A stretch of DNA of 64,000 nucleotides from an uncultured Candidatus Saccharibacteria bacterium (GTDB lineage: Bacteria; Patescibacteriota; UBA1384; CAYGGE01). The first letter of the stretch is position 1. Every line of letters begins with the position of its first letter. The translations under genes were made by a program, and so were the position numbers. The notes beneath the pieces are model-generated. The model was given only the letters and a program-made list of their open reading frames with translations. It did no database searches and was not told the origin of the DNA. The stretch lies in assembly GCA_964349485.1 (NCBI GenBank), contig CAYGGE010000002.1, forward strand, positions 5,737 through 69,736, read 5' to 3'. Positions 46,632-57,100 of the stretch are shown piece by piece.

Positions 46632-47159
46632 TTACTTTTCTCGAAGAGCTTTGAGAATTTCTTCTCGGACAATCTTACGCAGTACTTTAGCCATCTCGTC
46701 GGTTGCAATAGGCTCAGACGATGGATCAGACACCTCTTCATCTAGATCGGAGATGATGGCCGCTTCTGCCTCATCGATATCCTCAGACAATTGTCGTTCG
46801 GTTTCATCAAGATCTTTCATGAGGGCCGCTTCTGTCTCATCGATATCCTCTGAAATAGCTTCCTCTAACTCATCAAACCCTCCTACCAAGGTCTCGGTTT
46901 GTTGACTGACTGAACGCTGGATGAAGATGGCGAGATAGATCGCTTCAAGCGACACCACTGTCGTTAGGATCAGCAGTACTGTGTCGAGAGCGACGCCAAA
47001 GGCGACTAGTGCAAAGATGATCAGAAAAAACAGGGTATGGAGAAACAGTGAAGTCGTTGAGCCAACCCAAATCATGGCCCTATTGGTCATGCGATCGAGT
47101 ATTGGGGGTTCTTGTGGTGTTCTCACCGCCACTTTTCTTGTTGTGCGCTTTCCGTTCAT
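46632..47159 (-). CDS. DUF1003-like two-TM membrane protein with an acidic repeated C-terminal region
   Basis: LDRMTNRAMIWVGSTTSLFLHTLFF... Repeats of L.KDLDETE / SEDIDE.EAA. The +strand ORF 46603-46905 is a shadow. Confidence 0.45.
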   Translation of the reverse strand: MNGKRTTRKVAVRTPQEPPILDRMTNRAMIWVGSTTSLFLHTLFFLIIFALVAFGVALDTVLLILTTVVSLEAIYLAIFIQRSVSQQTETLVGGFDELEEAISEDIDETEAALMKDLDETERQLSEDIDEAEAAIISDLDEEVSDPSSEPIATDEMAKVLRKIVREEILKALREK

Positions 47160-47258
47160 CTCTCCTCCTCAAGTCTCACCTTAACAAACAAAAAACTGCA
47201 TCTGTTTCGTCGAGGAGACTGCAGTTTGTAGCTTACACATTAACACAGGTAAGCAGGA

Positions 47259-47789
47259 TTAACCAGAGCCGTTGATACACTTAGACTCAAAACGATCGTT
47301 AAGGAAGTAGAGCATGGCAGCTGACGCCGTGGCAACATTGAGCGAATGACCGGCTCCGAGCATCGGCAGGTGTACAGTCTTATCGACACGAACTAGGATA
47401 TCTTGCCCAATTCCATCGGTCTCATGTCAGACAATCAGCGCAAGCGGAAAGTTGTAATCAACTAAACGGTAGTCGACGCTATGCATACTTTTTTCAAGGG
47501 CCACAATTTGATAATCTCTTGCTCTCAGCTCACTAATTGCCAATTCAGTCGTGTCGAAATGTTTGAAATCGACGCTATCAATCCCTGCCAAGCCAGTTTT
47601 TCGAAGTTCTTTGTCGGCCCGCTTACTAACCCAATCCGGCCTCTGGTCATGCGTAATTTTTGGATAACCGCTTAGACCACAAAGGTAAATGGCCTCAAGA
47701 TTCACTCCATCTGCAATGCGAAACAATGATCCGACATTGTAGAGCGAACGGATATTATCGGCAATTATCACGATCGGTAGACGAGTCAT
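47259..47789 (-). pseudogene. trmL: SpoU/TrmL-family tRNA 2'-O-methyltransferase carrying an in-frame TGA (47427-47429) at the conserved Gly of the LIVGxE motif
   Basis: N-terminal part VIIADNIRSLYNVGSLFRIADGV. After the TGA the same frame continues: HETDGIGQDILVRVDKTVHLPMLGAGHSLNVATASAAMLYFL (SpoU motifs 2 and 3). Confidence 0.7.
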
Positions 47790-47877
47790 GAATTTGTTCC
47801 TAGTTATCCCCATATTGCAGGGTATCATATCTAATGCGACAATGAGCCTAATATTCGAGTAATCCCTGGAGGTTTCG

Positions 47878-47985
47878 ATGGATGATCACAGCGCAACACC
47901 TGCTGACGACATGAACGACGAAGAAGCTGGCAAAAAGGAAGATGCTGGCATGATGACTAGCGAGCCAAGCACCGACGAAGAATAG
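47878..47985 (+). CDS. Mini-ORF encoding a 35-aa acidic peptide
   Basis: RBS GGAGGT 5 nt before ATG. Immediately followed by a strong terminator. Confidence 0.3.
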   Translation: MDDHSATPADDMNDEEAGKKEDAGMMTSEPSTDEE

Positions 47986-48000
47986 GCCTGTAAAGTCTCG

Positions 48001-48030
48001 AAAAAAGTCCGCTTTGGCGGACTTTTTTTG
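48001..48030. terminator. Bidirectional intrinsic terminator AAAAAAGTCCGC-TTTG-GCGGACTTTTTTT
   Basis: Read directly from the sequence. Confidence 0.6.
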
Positions 48031-48037
48031 TAAACAT

Positions 48038-48841
48038 TTAAACTCGGCCCGCCTTGACGTCGTCTAGCATTTTACGATATTTGCGGTTAGCTGGGTCATA
48101 TTTCAAAGCCTGTTCAAGTGAGTGCATGGCTTTAGCTGGACTGCCAAGATTAAGATAGGAGATGGCTAGATTGAAATGGCGGCTCGCTACCCCAGGCTCA
48201 AATTTAATAGCCTGTTGAAAGGCGTCTCTGGCATCTTCGTAGTTCTTCTGTTCTAGGTAGATAATTCCAAGTCGGCTGTAGATCTTGGGGTTAGTTGGAT
48301 CTTCAGTGGCCAGTTTTAGATATAGTTTCTCAGCTTTACGATAATCTTTGATCGCGAATAGATCATCGGCTTCTTGATTGAGATTCTTAGCCTTCGATCG
48401 GAACGATGGAATTGGTTCATTTTTCGGTGCGGTCTCTGTTAAGATCGGTTCAGCAACTGACTTGGCCTGCTCTAGGTCAGTCCAAAATTCATGTGGCCTC
48501 GAAGTATCATTGGTAACAGGCTCTGCAGGCGCGCGTACTGTATTGACTGGTTGTTTTGGGAGACTAAACTTTGGCAAATTAATCTTTGGTGCATTAAATT
48601 GAGGCCATTGAAATGCCGGTTTGTTGATAGTTTTGGGCGGTGCTGGCTTATCTTGTGTGGTTCGTTTAATGTCCGCTCGAGGAAACTTTATCAGTTTAGG
48701 TAGTTTTGGTAGCTGAAAAGAGGGCGCTGTTGTTGCCGTAGATTGATCTTGTTTGGCTAACTCTATCGCCTCAGGGAGGCGACGGATGAGGACTATAAAA
48801 GCGATGGCGAGGGCGATGACAATAATAAAAGCATAAATCAT
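48038..48841 (-). CDS. Membrane-anchored TPR-repeat protein
   Basis: N-terminal TM. Pro-rich linker. C-terminal TPR repeats. Confidence 0.6.
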   Translation of the reverse strand: MIYAFIIVIALAIAFIVLIRRLPEAIELAKQDQSTATTAPSFQLPKLPKLIKFPRADIKRTTQDKPAPPKTINKPAFQWPQFNAPKINLPKFSLPKQPVNTVRAPAEPVTNDTSRPHEFWTDLEQAKSVAEPILTETAPKNEPIPSFRSKAKNLNQEADDLFAIKDYRKAEKLYLKLATEDPTNPKIYSRLGIIYLEQKNYEDARDAFQQAIKFEPGVASRHFNLAISYLNLGSPAKAMHSLEQALKYDPANRKYRKMLDDVKAGRV

Positions 48842-48869
48842 AGGATTTCTCTCATGCTAGCAAGTAAAA

Positions 48870-49547
48870 CTAACCCTTAGTATAGAGCTCCAGGGCTAAA
48901 TTATCAAGTAAGAGACGCCTGTTGACGTTGGTTTGGGCCGCCGGTAGGTAGTCCATGATAATCTGCTGTTTTTTAGGTTGATGTTCGAACTCTTGCAACC
49001 AGGCCTCTAATACCGTCGAAAGTCCGAACTCACTCTCGGCAATTTCTTTTGCAGTCTCAAAATATTCAACTAGTGACTTGGCAGTCAATGCGGAGACAAG
49101 GTCAGAAATAGATGAGTTGGTAGATGTGCTGATGACCTGACAGCGCGAACGAATTGTAGGGAGAAGTGCATCGATCTGGGTGGTCGCTAGGATCAGGTAA
49201 GTTCGGGACGGTGGTTCCTCGAGGGTTTTTAGTAGGGCATTGGCAGCTTCTGCAGTTAACTGTCTGGCATCGGTGATGGCTATTAGTTTAATCGGGCTGT
49301 TGTAAGTACTCATCCCGACAAACCGCCTGATGTCCCGGGCATCCTTAATTTTCAAGGGCTCTAAACCGTCAAACAAAATGTAATCAGCCGGGCTGATGGC
49401 CAGTTGTAATAAAAATTCACTAATCAATCGCCTCGCTTCTTCATGAGGTATGAGCAGTAGTGTTGCATGATGGAGTTGGCCCGATCGATAGTTATCGAGG
49501 AGAATATTGCCCATGGTTTGACTATCATACCATAGCCGAGACAGCAT
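48870..49547 (-). CDS. holB: DNA polymerase III delta-prime subunit-like (HolB)
   Basis: ANALLKTLEEPP and TIRSRC motifs. Degenerate Walker A. Confidence 0.7.
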   Translation of the reverse strand: MLSRLWYDSQTMGNILLDNYRSGQLHHATLLLIPHEEARRLISEFLLQLAISPADYILFDGLEPLKIKDARDIRRFVGMSTYNSPIKLIAITDARQLTAEAANALLKTLEEPPSRTYLILATTQIDALLPTIRSRCQVISTSTNSSISDLVSALTAKSLVEYFETAKEIAESEFGLSTVLEAWLQEFEHQPKKQQIIMDYLPAAQTNVNRRLLLDNLALELYTKG

Positions 49548-49634
49548 AAGGTTTGTAAAGACGGGTGTGAGTTCACCTCGCTTGCGTTGCGTATCTGGGG
49601 ACTTTCGTTATAATGGTGCCATAAGGGAGTATCT

Positions 49635-50315
49635 ATGAACGCGATTATGTTGAAAGATGTACAGAAGGTCTATCGCACAGGAACACTACTCGTTCCAGTT
49701 CTCTTAGGGATCGATTTAGAGGTCAAAAAAGGGGAGATGGCGGCGATCATGGGGCCATCGGGGAGCGGAAAGTCGACCCTTATGAATATCATTGGTCTTC
49801 TTGATCGACCAAGTCAGGGCGAACTCATTCTCGACGACAAGCCGATCGATCTTTCCATGCCTGATAGCCGATTGGCGAAGATGCGCAGTCAGAGTATCGG
49901 CTTTGTTTTTCAATCATTTAACCTTTTACCGAGGATATCAGCGCTCGCGAACGTCCTGCTGCCTGCCAGTTATGCCAAGGGAAACCGTGCGGATCAGGAG
50001 AAACGGGCGGTGAGTTTGCTTCGCCAAGTTGGTTTAGCCGAACGAATGTTGCACAAGCCGACCGAATTATCTGGTGGAGAAAAGCAACGGGTGGCCATCG
50101 CCCGGGCGCTCATGAATAATCCAGAAATTGTTTTAGCCGACGAGCCTACAGGAAATCTGGACTCAAAAAGTGGGGCCGAGATCATGGCTATCTTGAAAGA
50201 CCTAAATAAAAAAGGCAAGACGATTATTGTCATCACCCACGATCCAAACATTGCCAGACAGTGTGATCGGATCATCCAAATTGAAGACGGTAAAGTGGCA
50301 GGGGGTGTCCGATGA
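49635..50315 (+). CDS. ABC transporter ATP-binding protein (MacB/LolD family)
   Basis: GPSGSGKST, LSGGEKQRVAIARAL and ADEPTGNLD motifs. Confidence 0.9.
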   Translation: MNAIMLKDVQKVYRTGTLLVPVLLGIDLEVKKGEMAAIMGPSGSGKSTLMNIIGLLDRPSQGELILDDKPIDLSMPDSRLAKMRSQSIGFVFQSFNLLPRISALANVLLPASYAKGNRADQEKRAVSLLRQVGLAERMLHKPTELSGGEKQRVAIARALMNNPEIVLADEPTGNLDSKSGAEIMAILKDLNKKGKTIIVITHDPNIARQCDRIIQIEDGKVAGGVR

Positions 50316-51526
50316 CTGAAAATATTAAATCCGCCCTCCTTTCAATCTGGAGCAATAAGATTCGAAGTGTACTGAATATCCTTGGTGTAGTAATTGGTGT
50401 TGCCTCAGTGACGATCCTAATTGCTTTAGGTCAAGGTCTCAAGAATGACGTCTCAGGCATGATCCAAGGATTTGGTACCAATGTTATTGCAATCATTGCC
50501 GGTAAGATCGACACCAACAGTCCAACCAGTCAAGGCGGAACCAATCCGGCCAGTTTTATTTCTGGCGACATCTTAACACTCGCCGATGTTGAAACTATCC
50601 AAAAATCAGCCGATATTGTAGCCTCGGCACCTATCAGTTTGGCAACGGGGTCAATCCGTTACGGCGAAAAACAGACCGTACCAGTAGCCATGGGCACCTT
50701 CCCAAACTTTTTGACTGCCTACCAACTGCTTAAGATCGACAAAGGAGAGATGTTTACTTCACGGGATGCCGGCAACGTGATCGTCCTTGGCAAACAGGCG
50801 GTAAAGGATCTATTTGGCGATAAAGAGCCTATCGGTGAAACAGTCAACTTAGCGAAGACCGATTTTAAGGTTATCGGTACGACTAAAGCCCTAAAGAGTT
50901 CGGCGGCCTTTGGATCGGAGATGGACTCAATCTCGATTCTGCCATTCGATGCCGTGACTGCGATGAATAAGGGACAGGCTAAAATTGCCCGAATCGTGGC
51001 TAAGGCAAGCGATACAGCTGACGTGAAGCAGGTTAAAACTACTCTTAAAACAGCCTTGCTCGATAATCACAAGGGTGAAGAAGATTTTACAGTGTTAACT
51101 CAAGACGATCTGCTTGGTTTATTCAATACTTTTCTTAATCTGGCGACTACCATGGTCACTGCGATCGCCGCTATTTCGCTGATCGTCGGTGGTATTGGAA
51201 TAATGAATATCATGCTGGTGACCGTGACTGAACGAACCAGAGAGATTGGTTTAAGAAAGGCAGTTGGCGCTACCAAGTCTGCTATCCTCTTTCAATTTTT
51301 GGTGGAGGCGGTGATTGTCACCTTTGTGGGGGCGACCCTTGGACTATTGATCGCCTTTATCGCGGCGAGCGTCGTAACGGCCAAAACCGACCTGACACCA
51401 TCGATTACAGGATCAACAATCCTATTAGCCGCTGGCATTTCTATTGTGATCGGCGTCATCTTCGGCCTCTGGCCTGCGGTCCGTGCCGCCCAAAAAGATC
51501 CGATCGAAGCGTTAAGGTATGAGTAA
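50312..51526 (+). CDS. ABC transporter permease of FtsX/MacB type with a large extracytoplasmic domain
   Basis: N-terminal TM, about 200 aa periplasmic domain, C-terminal 3 TM FtsX-like. Confidence 0.85.
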   Translation: MTENIKSALLSIWSNKIRSVLNILGVVIGVASVTILIALGQGLKNDVSGMIQGFGTNVIAIIAGKIDTNSPTSQGGTNPASFISGDILTLADVETIQKSADIVASAPISLATGSIRYGEKQTVPVAMGTFPNFLTAYQLLKIDKGEMFTSRDAGNVIVLGKQAVKDLFGDKEPIGETVNLAKTDFKVIGTTKALKSSAAFGSEMDSISILPFDAVTAMNKGQAKIARIVAKASDTADVKQVKTTLKTALLDNHKGEEDFTVLTQDDLLGLFNTFLNLATTMVTAIAAISLIVGGIGIMNIMLVTVTERTREIGLRKAVGATKSAILFQFLVEAVIVTFVGATLGLLIAFIAASVVTAKTDLTPSITGSTILLAAGISIVIGVIFGLWPAVRAAQKDPIEALRYE

Positions 51527-51595
51527 CTAAAATCTGATATAGAAGATTTATTACATCTTATGTTCTAAGTGTTTGGGGGCTTTGAAGAGGAAATC

Positions 51596-52549
51596 ATGGA
51601 TTATGTTCGTCCATTTTCAAAACTCGCTAGCCGTGATGTAACTATTGCGGGCGGTAAGGGTGCTTCACTTGGTGAAATGACTGGCCGAGGCATCTCTGTC
51701 CCTCCAGGCTTTGTGATATTAACCACGGCTTTCGAGCAATTTATTGATTCTGCTGAACTCCACAATGAGATTGAATCTCAATTGGCGAAAGTCAACCATC
51801 ATGAGATGGAGACTATCGAGCGAGCTTCCGAGCATATACGAAATCTCATCATGACGGCCGTCATGCCTGAAGCTATTAAGAAAACTATTCTTCATGATTA
51901 CCACGAGCTTGACGCGCCATTCGTGGCCGTTCGCTCATCAGCTACAGCGGAGGATGGAGCTAATGCCTCATGGGCGGGGGAGCTTGATAGTTTTCTTAAC
52001 ACGACGAAGGAGACTTTGTTAGAAAATGTTATGCGTTGCTGGGCTTCACTCTTTACCCCTCGGGCTATTTTTTACCGGATTGAAAAGGGCTTTCAGTCGA
52101 GCAAAGTTTCTGTGGCCGTCGTTGTGCAACAAATGGTCGAGTCTGAGGTTTCTGGTATCGCCTTTTCGGTCCATCCCGTGACCGAAGACCAAAACCAGCT
52201 TATTATTGAAGCTGCCTGGGGCTTAGGCGAGGCAATAGTATCAGGATCGATTACACCCGATAATTATGTTATTGATAAGCGGGACTGGTCGATCATCGAT
52301 TGCTATAAAGCGGATCAAGAGCGAGAGATCGTGCGAAAACCGGCCGGCGGCAATGAATGGGTCGTGGTCTCAGAAACTAAACGATCGATCCAGAAACTTT
52401 CAGATGCTAAGTTGATTGAATTAGCGATGCTTGTTGTTAAAATTGAGCAACATTACGGCTTCCCCTGCGATATTGAATGGGCGATGGTCAAAGAGAGGCT
52501 TTACGTCCTTCAGTGTCGTCCAATTACTACTCTTAAAGAGCCAAAATGA
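51596..52549 (+). CDS. PEP/pyruvate-binding (PPDK_N-type ATP-grasp) domain protein
   Basis: VTIAGGKGASLGEMTGRGISVPPGFVI... The start is taken at MDYV with RBS GAGGAAATC. Confidence 0.65.
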   Translation: MDYVRPFSKLASRDVTIAGGKGASLGEMTGRGISVPPGFVILTTAFEQFIDSAELHNEIESQLAKVNHHEMETIERASEHIRNLIMTAVMPEAIKKTILHDYHELDAPFVAVRSSATAEDGANASWAGELDSFLNTTKETLLENVMRCWASLFTPRAIFYRIEKGFQSSKVSVAVVVQQMVESEVSGIAFSVHPVTEDQNQLIIEAAWGLGEAIVSGSITPDNYVIDKRDWSIIDCYKADQEREIVRKPAGGNEWVVVSETKRSIQKLSDAKLIELAMLVVKIEQHYGFPCDIEWAMVKERLYVLQCRPITTLKEPK

Positions 52550-52559
52550 TATATAAAAT

Positions 52560-53987
52560 ATGAATATTGATGTCTTCAAAAATGCTTTAGCCGAAGATCG
52601 CTTCAAGCAGAAGGGAAGCGTGACGCCTCTCTACTTATTGGGGGCGGGTATGAGTGGATTTAACATCAAGCCGATCCTTGGATATGGATATACCGATTTT
52701 CTTTATATCTATAAGGAAAGTTACGGTGAAATGCATTACTTAATACGCGACTTTAATGATATGTGGCAGATAATCAAAGCGAAACTGGCTCACAATCCTC
52801 ATTACTTAGCTCAGGTTCGTCGTGATTATCAAGATCGATTAGTCGAGCATGAGGATCTATACCACATGATAGATAAGACCGATCTAAGTGCTTTGAACGA
52901 TACTGAATTGCTGAAAGTATTACGACAAACAAACACCTTATATATTAATAATGCTTGTGGTACCGCTCATATTTGTGAGGCTGTCAGCCACAATGCTGAG
53001 GCGGAGCTCATTGCACACCTCCCAAAAAGCCTTACCGATAATGACAATTTTGCCGAATTATTCGCGACTCTGACAGCGCCAACCGAACAATCATTTTTGA
53101 GTCGTGAGGAAGATGAGCTGGCCCGCATTGCCACACTAAATGAATCCGAGCTAGCCTCGGCCCTTGAGAAACATCAGAAACGCTACCACTGGGTCAATAA
53201 TAGTTATGCTGGTGATAAGTACCTGTCAATAGATGATTTTAGAGGTAGATTAGGTCATGCCGAAGCACTATCTCTTAGGAAGGATATGAATGCAGAAAAA
53301 AACGCGCTGTTTTTACGTTATCAGCTCAATGAATCAGCGCGAATGACGATTCATTTGATCGATTTTACTGCGAGCTGGCAAGATGAACGGAAAGGCAATA
53401 TTCTTAAAACGATTCATTATCTTGATCGACTTTTGCTGGAACTGGCTCGCCGTACAAAAATTGACATTCGTTATTTACGCTATCTTTTCCCAAGCGAGCT
53501 TGAAAAAGCACGTGTATTGGCCGATATTGAAGGGAAGCATAGCCAAATAAGAGTCAGATACGAAGGTGTTGCGATCTATACAGATGAAAAGCGATTAATC
53601 ACTGCGACTAGGGAAGATTACTCTCATATCGTCAATTTGATTAAAGGCCTTGCTCCTGATGCTGACGGAGTAGTCAGGGGTTTAGTCGCCCGAAAAGGTA
53701 TGATTAGTGGTAGGGTAGCTATCGTTCACGATGTCACTGAACTAGACAAAGTTAAAAATGGCGACATTATCGTTGCCTCTATGACCCGACCGGAGTATAT
53801 GCCAGCCTTACGAAAAGCGGCGGCCATTGTGACTGATGAAGGTGGAATTACCTGTCATGCGGCGATTGTTGCAAGAGAGTTAGGGGTACCATGTATTATC
53901 GGTACTAAGCATGCCACCACTGCTTTGAAAGACGATGATTTTGTAGTGGTCGATGCGAACAAAGGTGTCGTCTCAATACTTTATTGA
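52560..53987 (+). CDS. Protein with a C-terminal PEP-utilising-enzyme mobile (swivel His) domain. Likely the partner of the preceding ORF.
   Basis: C-terminal GMISGRVAIV...TDEGGITCHAAIVARELGVPCIIG. Confidence 0.65.
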   Translation: MNIDVFKNALAEDRFKQKGSVTPLYLLGAGMSGFNIKPILGYGYTDFLYIYKESYGEMHYLIRDFNDMWQIIKAKLAHNPHYLAQVRRDYQDRLVEHEDLYHMIDKTDLSALNDTELLKVLRQTNTLYINNACGTAHICEAVSHNAEAELIAHLPKSLTDNDNFAELFATLTAPTEQSFLSREEDELARIATLNESELASALEKHQKRYHWVNNSYAGDKYLSIDDFRGRLGHAEALSLRKDMNAEKNALFLRYQLNESARMTIHLIDFTASWQDERKGNILKTIHYLDRLLLELARRTKIDIRYLRYLFPSELEKARVLADIEGKHSQIRVRYEGVAIYTDEKRLITATREDYSHIVNLIKGLAPDADGVVRGLVARKGMISGRVAIVHDVTELDKVKNGDIIVASMTRPEYMPALRKAAAIVTDEGGITCHAAIVARELGVPCIIGTKHATTALKDDDFVVVDANKGVVSILY

Positions 53988-54061
53988 ATCCCAATCTGGT
54001 CCATTATTCGGTATACTATAATTTGATTCAAAGTAATTTCCAGTAAGACATTCTATCTTCC

Positions 54062-54090
54062 TTGACGCCCTATAGGGCGGTTGGTATTAT
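54062..54090 (+). promoter_or_regulatory. Sigma70 promoter TTGACG-N17-TATTAT with a 12-bp palindrome GCCCTATAGGGC in the spacer
   Basis: Read directly from the sequence. Confidence 0.5.
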
Positions 54091-54130
54091 GGATGTACAA
54101 GGTTAAATCTGTTCTTGAGGAGGGGATTAG

Positions 54131-57100
54131 GTGAAGCTTCGTTTTTCTGGATATGCTCACTATTTCGTTGCAGCCTGTTTTGTGGTGGGCTTAGTATTGA
54201 GCCAAGGATCAAATCCAACTCGAGCCTACGCCGCTCCTCCATGTAATGGTGCGGCTGGTTTGCGTTATACTGAGATTGCGACCGATAATGCCCACGATCA
54301 GCAAGATACCACCTTGTACAAAAATCTACCTAATGGTCGTAATCCAGGTGCTGATCCCTTTCTTGCAGTGACTGCTTCAGGTGGCCAACAGTCCAGAGCG
54401 GTGATTGGGTTTGACTTGTCAGCGTTACCGGCCGATATTATCGTTCACTACGCACAGCTAGTACTTGGGAGTCCCTTGGGAAGCTCACGAGTTTTCTTTT
54501 CTGGCAGCCGAGGGGTCAGCGCTTATCGATTAACTCAACCTAATTGGTCAGAGATTAAGGCGAACTGGAATCGTTACAATACATTTCTGTTTGGTAATCT
54601 GGCTTGGAACAGTGCAGGTGGGGACTTCGACTCAAGTGATCGACGTGCGATTAATGGGGTCGAGTATGCCTGTTACCCTGAGGTCATCGAGAAGGATGTC
54701 GCGACCGTCACTGACTGGGTCGCTAGTACACTAAACGGTACTAAGCAGCTTGACTTACTGTTAAAACAACCAGGAGTGACTGGTGTCTATCAGTTTAAGA
54801 GTTCCGAGGCTAGCGGGTCACAAGGCTACGGTGATCGGCCGGCTCTTGGTGTGGTTTACTCACATATTATTTCTGGCTACGTTTTTAACGATAGCAATGC
54901 CAATGGTGTCCGGGAAAATGGCGAAGTTGGTGTCAGTGATATCCCTATTCAACTAAAAGTTAGTAATACAAGTGCGGTTGCAGGGGCGACTGCTAGCGAA
55001 ATGGGGGACCCTGGTCACTACCGTTTTTTTAAAGAACTGACTGGTTCAACAGCTAATGAATATCTTGACGGTACAAAGCAATACAAGGTTGAAGCACTCA
55101 TAAGCGGTAGGCAGCGGACTGACAGTCCGTGGGTACCAACTACCGATTCGCCTAATACAACTCCCTTCGCTAACCCTCGCCGTGACTTGGGAGTCGCCTA
55201 CTCACCTATTCAATTTTGTGTAAAAGATGCCACTACAGGTGCTCCGATTGCTGGAGCCGATGTGACAGTTCCCTGGACGATTATCCGCGGCGGCAGTTCA
55301 GGGCAAGATGGGCATCTCATTACTGATTCTGAAGGTAAAACTGATCTCAGTAAGATCGATTATACACTAGTGCCAGTTGGCTATACCGGTTTTGCTAGAG
55401 TGAAAGTAAACGGATATCAGTTGGGTGCCATGACCTGGTCGAGAATACTCGGTGACTCAGCTCCTAAATGTCTTCCACTTAAGCCATTGCCAAAGTTTTG
55501 TGTTGTTGGGCAAACTGATTCAGCCGATGCTGTGCCGATTGTTGGAGCTCATGTTGAACCAAACCCACCGTCAAACGATATGATTCGAACCGATCTTTCC
55601 TCTCCTGATAATCGTGGCTACTTGATTACTGGCAATGATGGTCGGACAAACCCGACATTTCTCGAACCTGACCGTATGTCAGCCAATAGCACGGCGAGAG
55701 CCAAAATTACGGCCAATGGATTTGTAACTAAGGAAGAGCAATGGACATTCAATGGTGATGCTTTGCAACCGGCCTGTTTTGTATTGACAAGATCAGATTC
55801 GGCTCCACTACCGACCGTCCAATTTAAAATTAACGACAGCGTAACTGGATCTGGAGTGGCTGGGGCAAGGATCAGCGGTAATTACATCCTCGGTAATCCA
55901 CCCAATCCTGACACACCAAAGCTAGTCACGGGTAGCGATGGAAAGACTGATACGAGCCATGTGAACATTCCATTTCTTCAATCGGTGGGCAAAGGGGGGA
56001 GCATGGGTGCTACCATCACTCACCCAGCATATATCGATAAATCTACAACCTGGATTTACGATGCTATCTTAGGCCAATTGGTGCCAATTACGTTTGTTCC
56101 AGCTAAATTGCAGTTTTGTGCCCGGGATATCCAAGCTATTACAACAAAAATTGCGGGTGTCAAAATTGAACTACCGACTGCAGGGGTCATACGCTCTAAT
56201 CCTCCGAATCCTGACGCCCCAAACCTAATTACGAAAGCAGATGGTTGCACCGATTCTACGTATCTTGATTACAATACACTCAATAATTTGGTGAGTCAGA
56301 ATCAGAACTTAACCGGAACTAAAACGGGCTATGAATCCAAGACAATAGTTTGGCAATATCTAAAACAAGCTAACCAAGTTGTCAATATCGATTTAACTCG
56401 ATTCACTCCACCGTCGGCTGACTTGTCGATTACGAAGACTTTTACCGATGGTTCAAGAGTTAAGACTTTGATGCAGGGCGAGACTGGTACCTATCGTTTG
56501 ATCGCTAAAAATACCAGTACGACAGTGGTGGCGACAGATGTATTGATTCGAGATATCCAGTCTGACGATCACCCCACGACTGATGCTCACCGCGTTGCCT
56601 GGTTGCCAAACACTGCCGAAAGTACAAGTAATCCACATCAACTTGATTGGACGCGAACCGATCTCCAGCCTGAGCAGACAGTCACACATGAACCTGAGTT
56701 TATAGTTCGCTGTAATGCCCCACTGACTAGTCCGACAAGCCCATTACGTAACTTAGCCCTGGTCACCGCCACGACCACCGATCCGAGTCCAGCCAACAAC
56801 ACCGATAACGATCTCAGACTGTTTATTGTTCCTGGTGATGCCCGCCTATCACTAGCTGTGACGTCGACACCATCGGTTGTTCAGTCAGGCAATTCTTTCG
56901 TGCTCAGCTCACAGTTGACCAATAATAGTCTCACCACGGACGCTCGACATGTGACATTGTCAACCATTTTGCCAAGCCAACTGAGACCGCAAGCTGGTTC
57001 GACAACCGGCGGAGGAATTATTGCTGGACAGAAAATTAGTTGGGTCATCGATCGATTGGCGAAAGGTACTACCTCTACCTATTCGGTGTCGGCCACTGTT

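Noticed and set aside
47259-47789. Genome-wide UGA=Gly recoding (translation table 25), or a frameshift in trmL
   Set aside because: Long intact ORFs throughout use TGA as terminal stops; glyQS, for example, ends in TGA with no sensible continuation. The trmL interruption is in-frame, not a frameshift. A local nonsense change or sequencing error is more likely.
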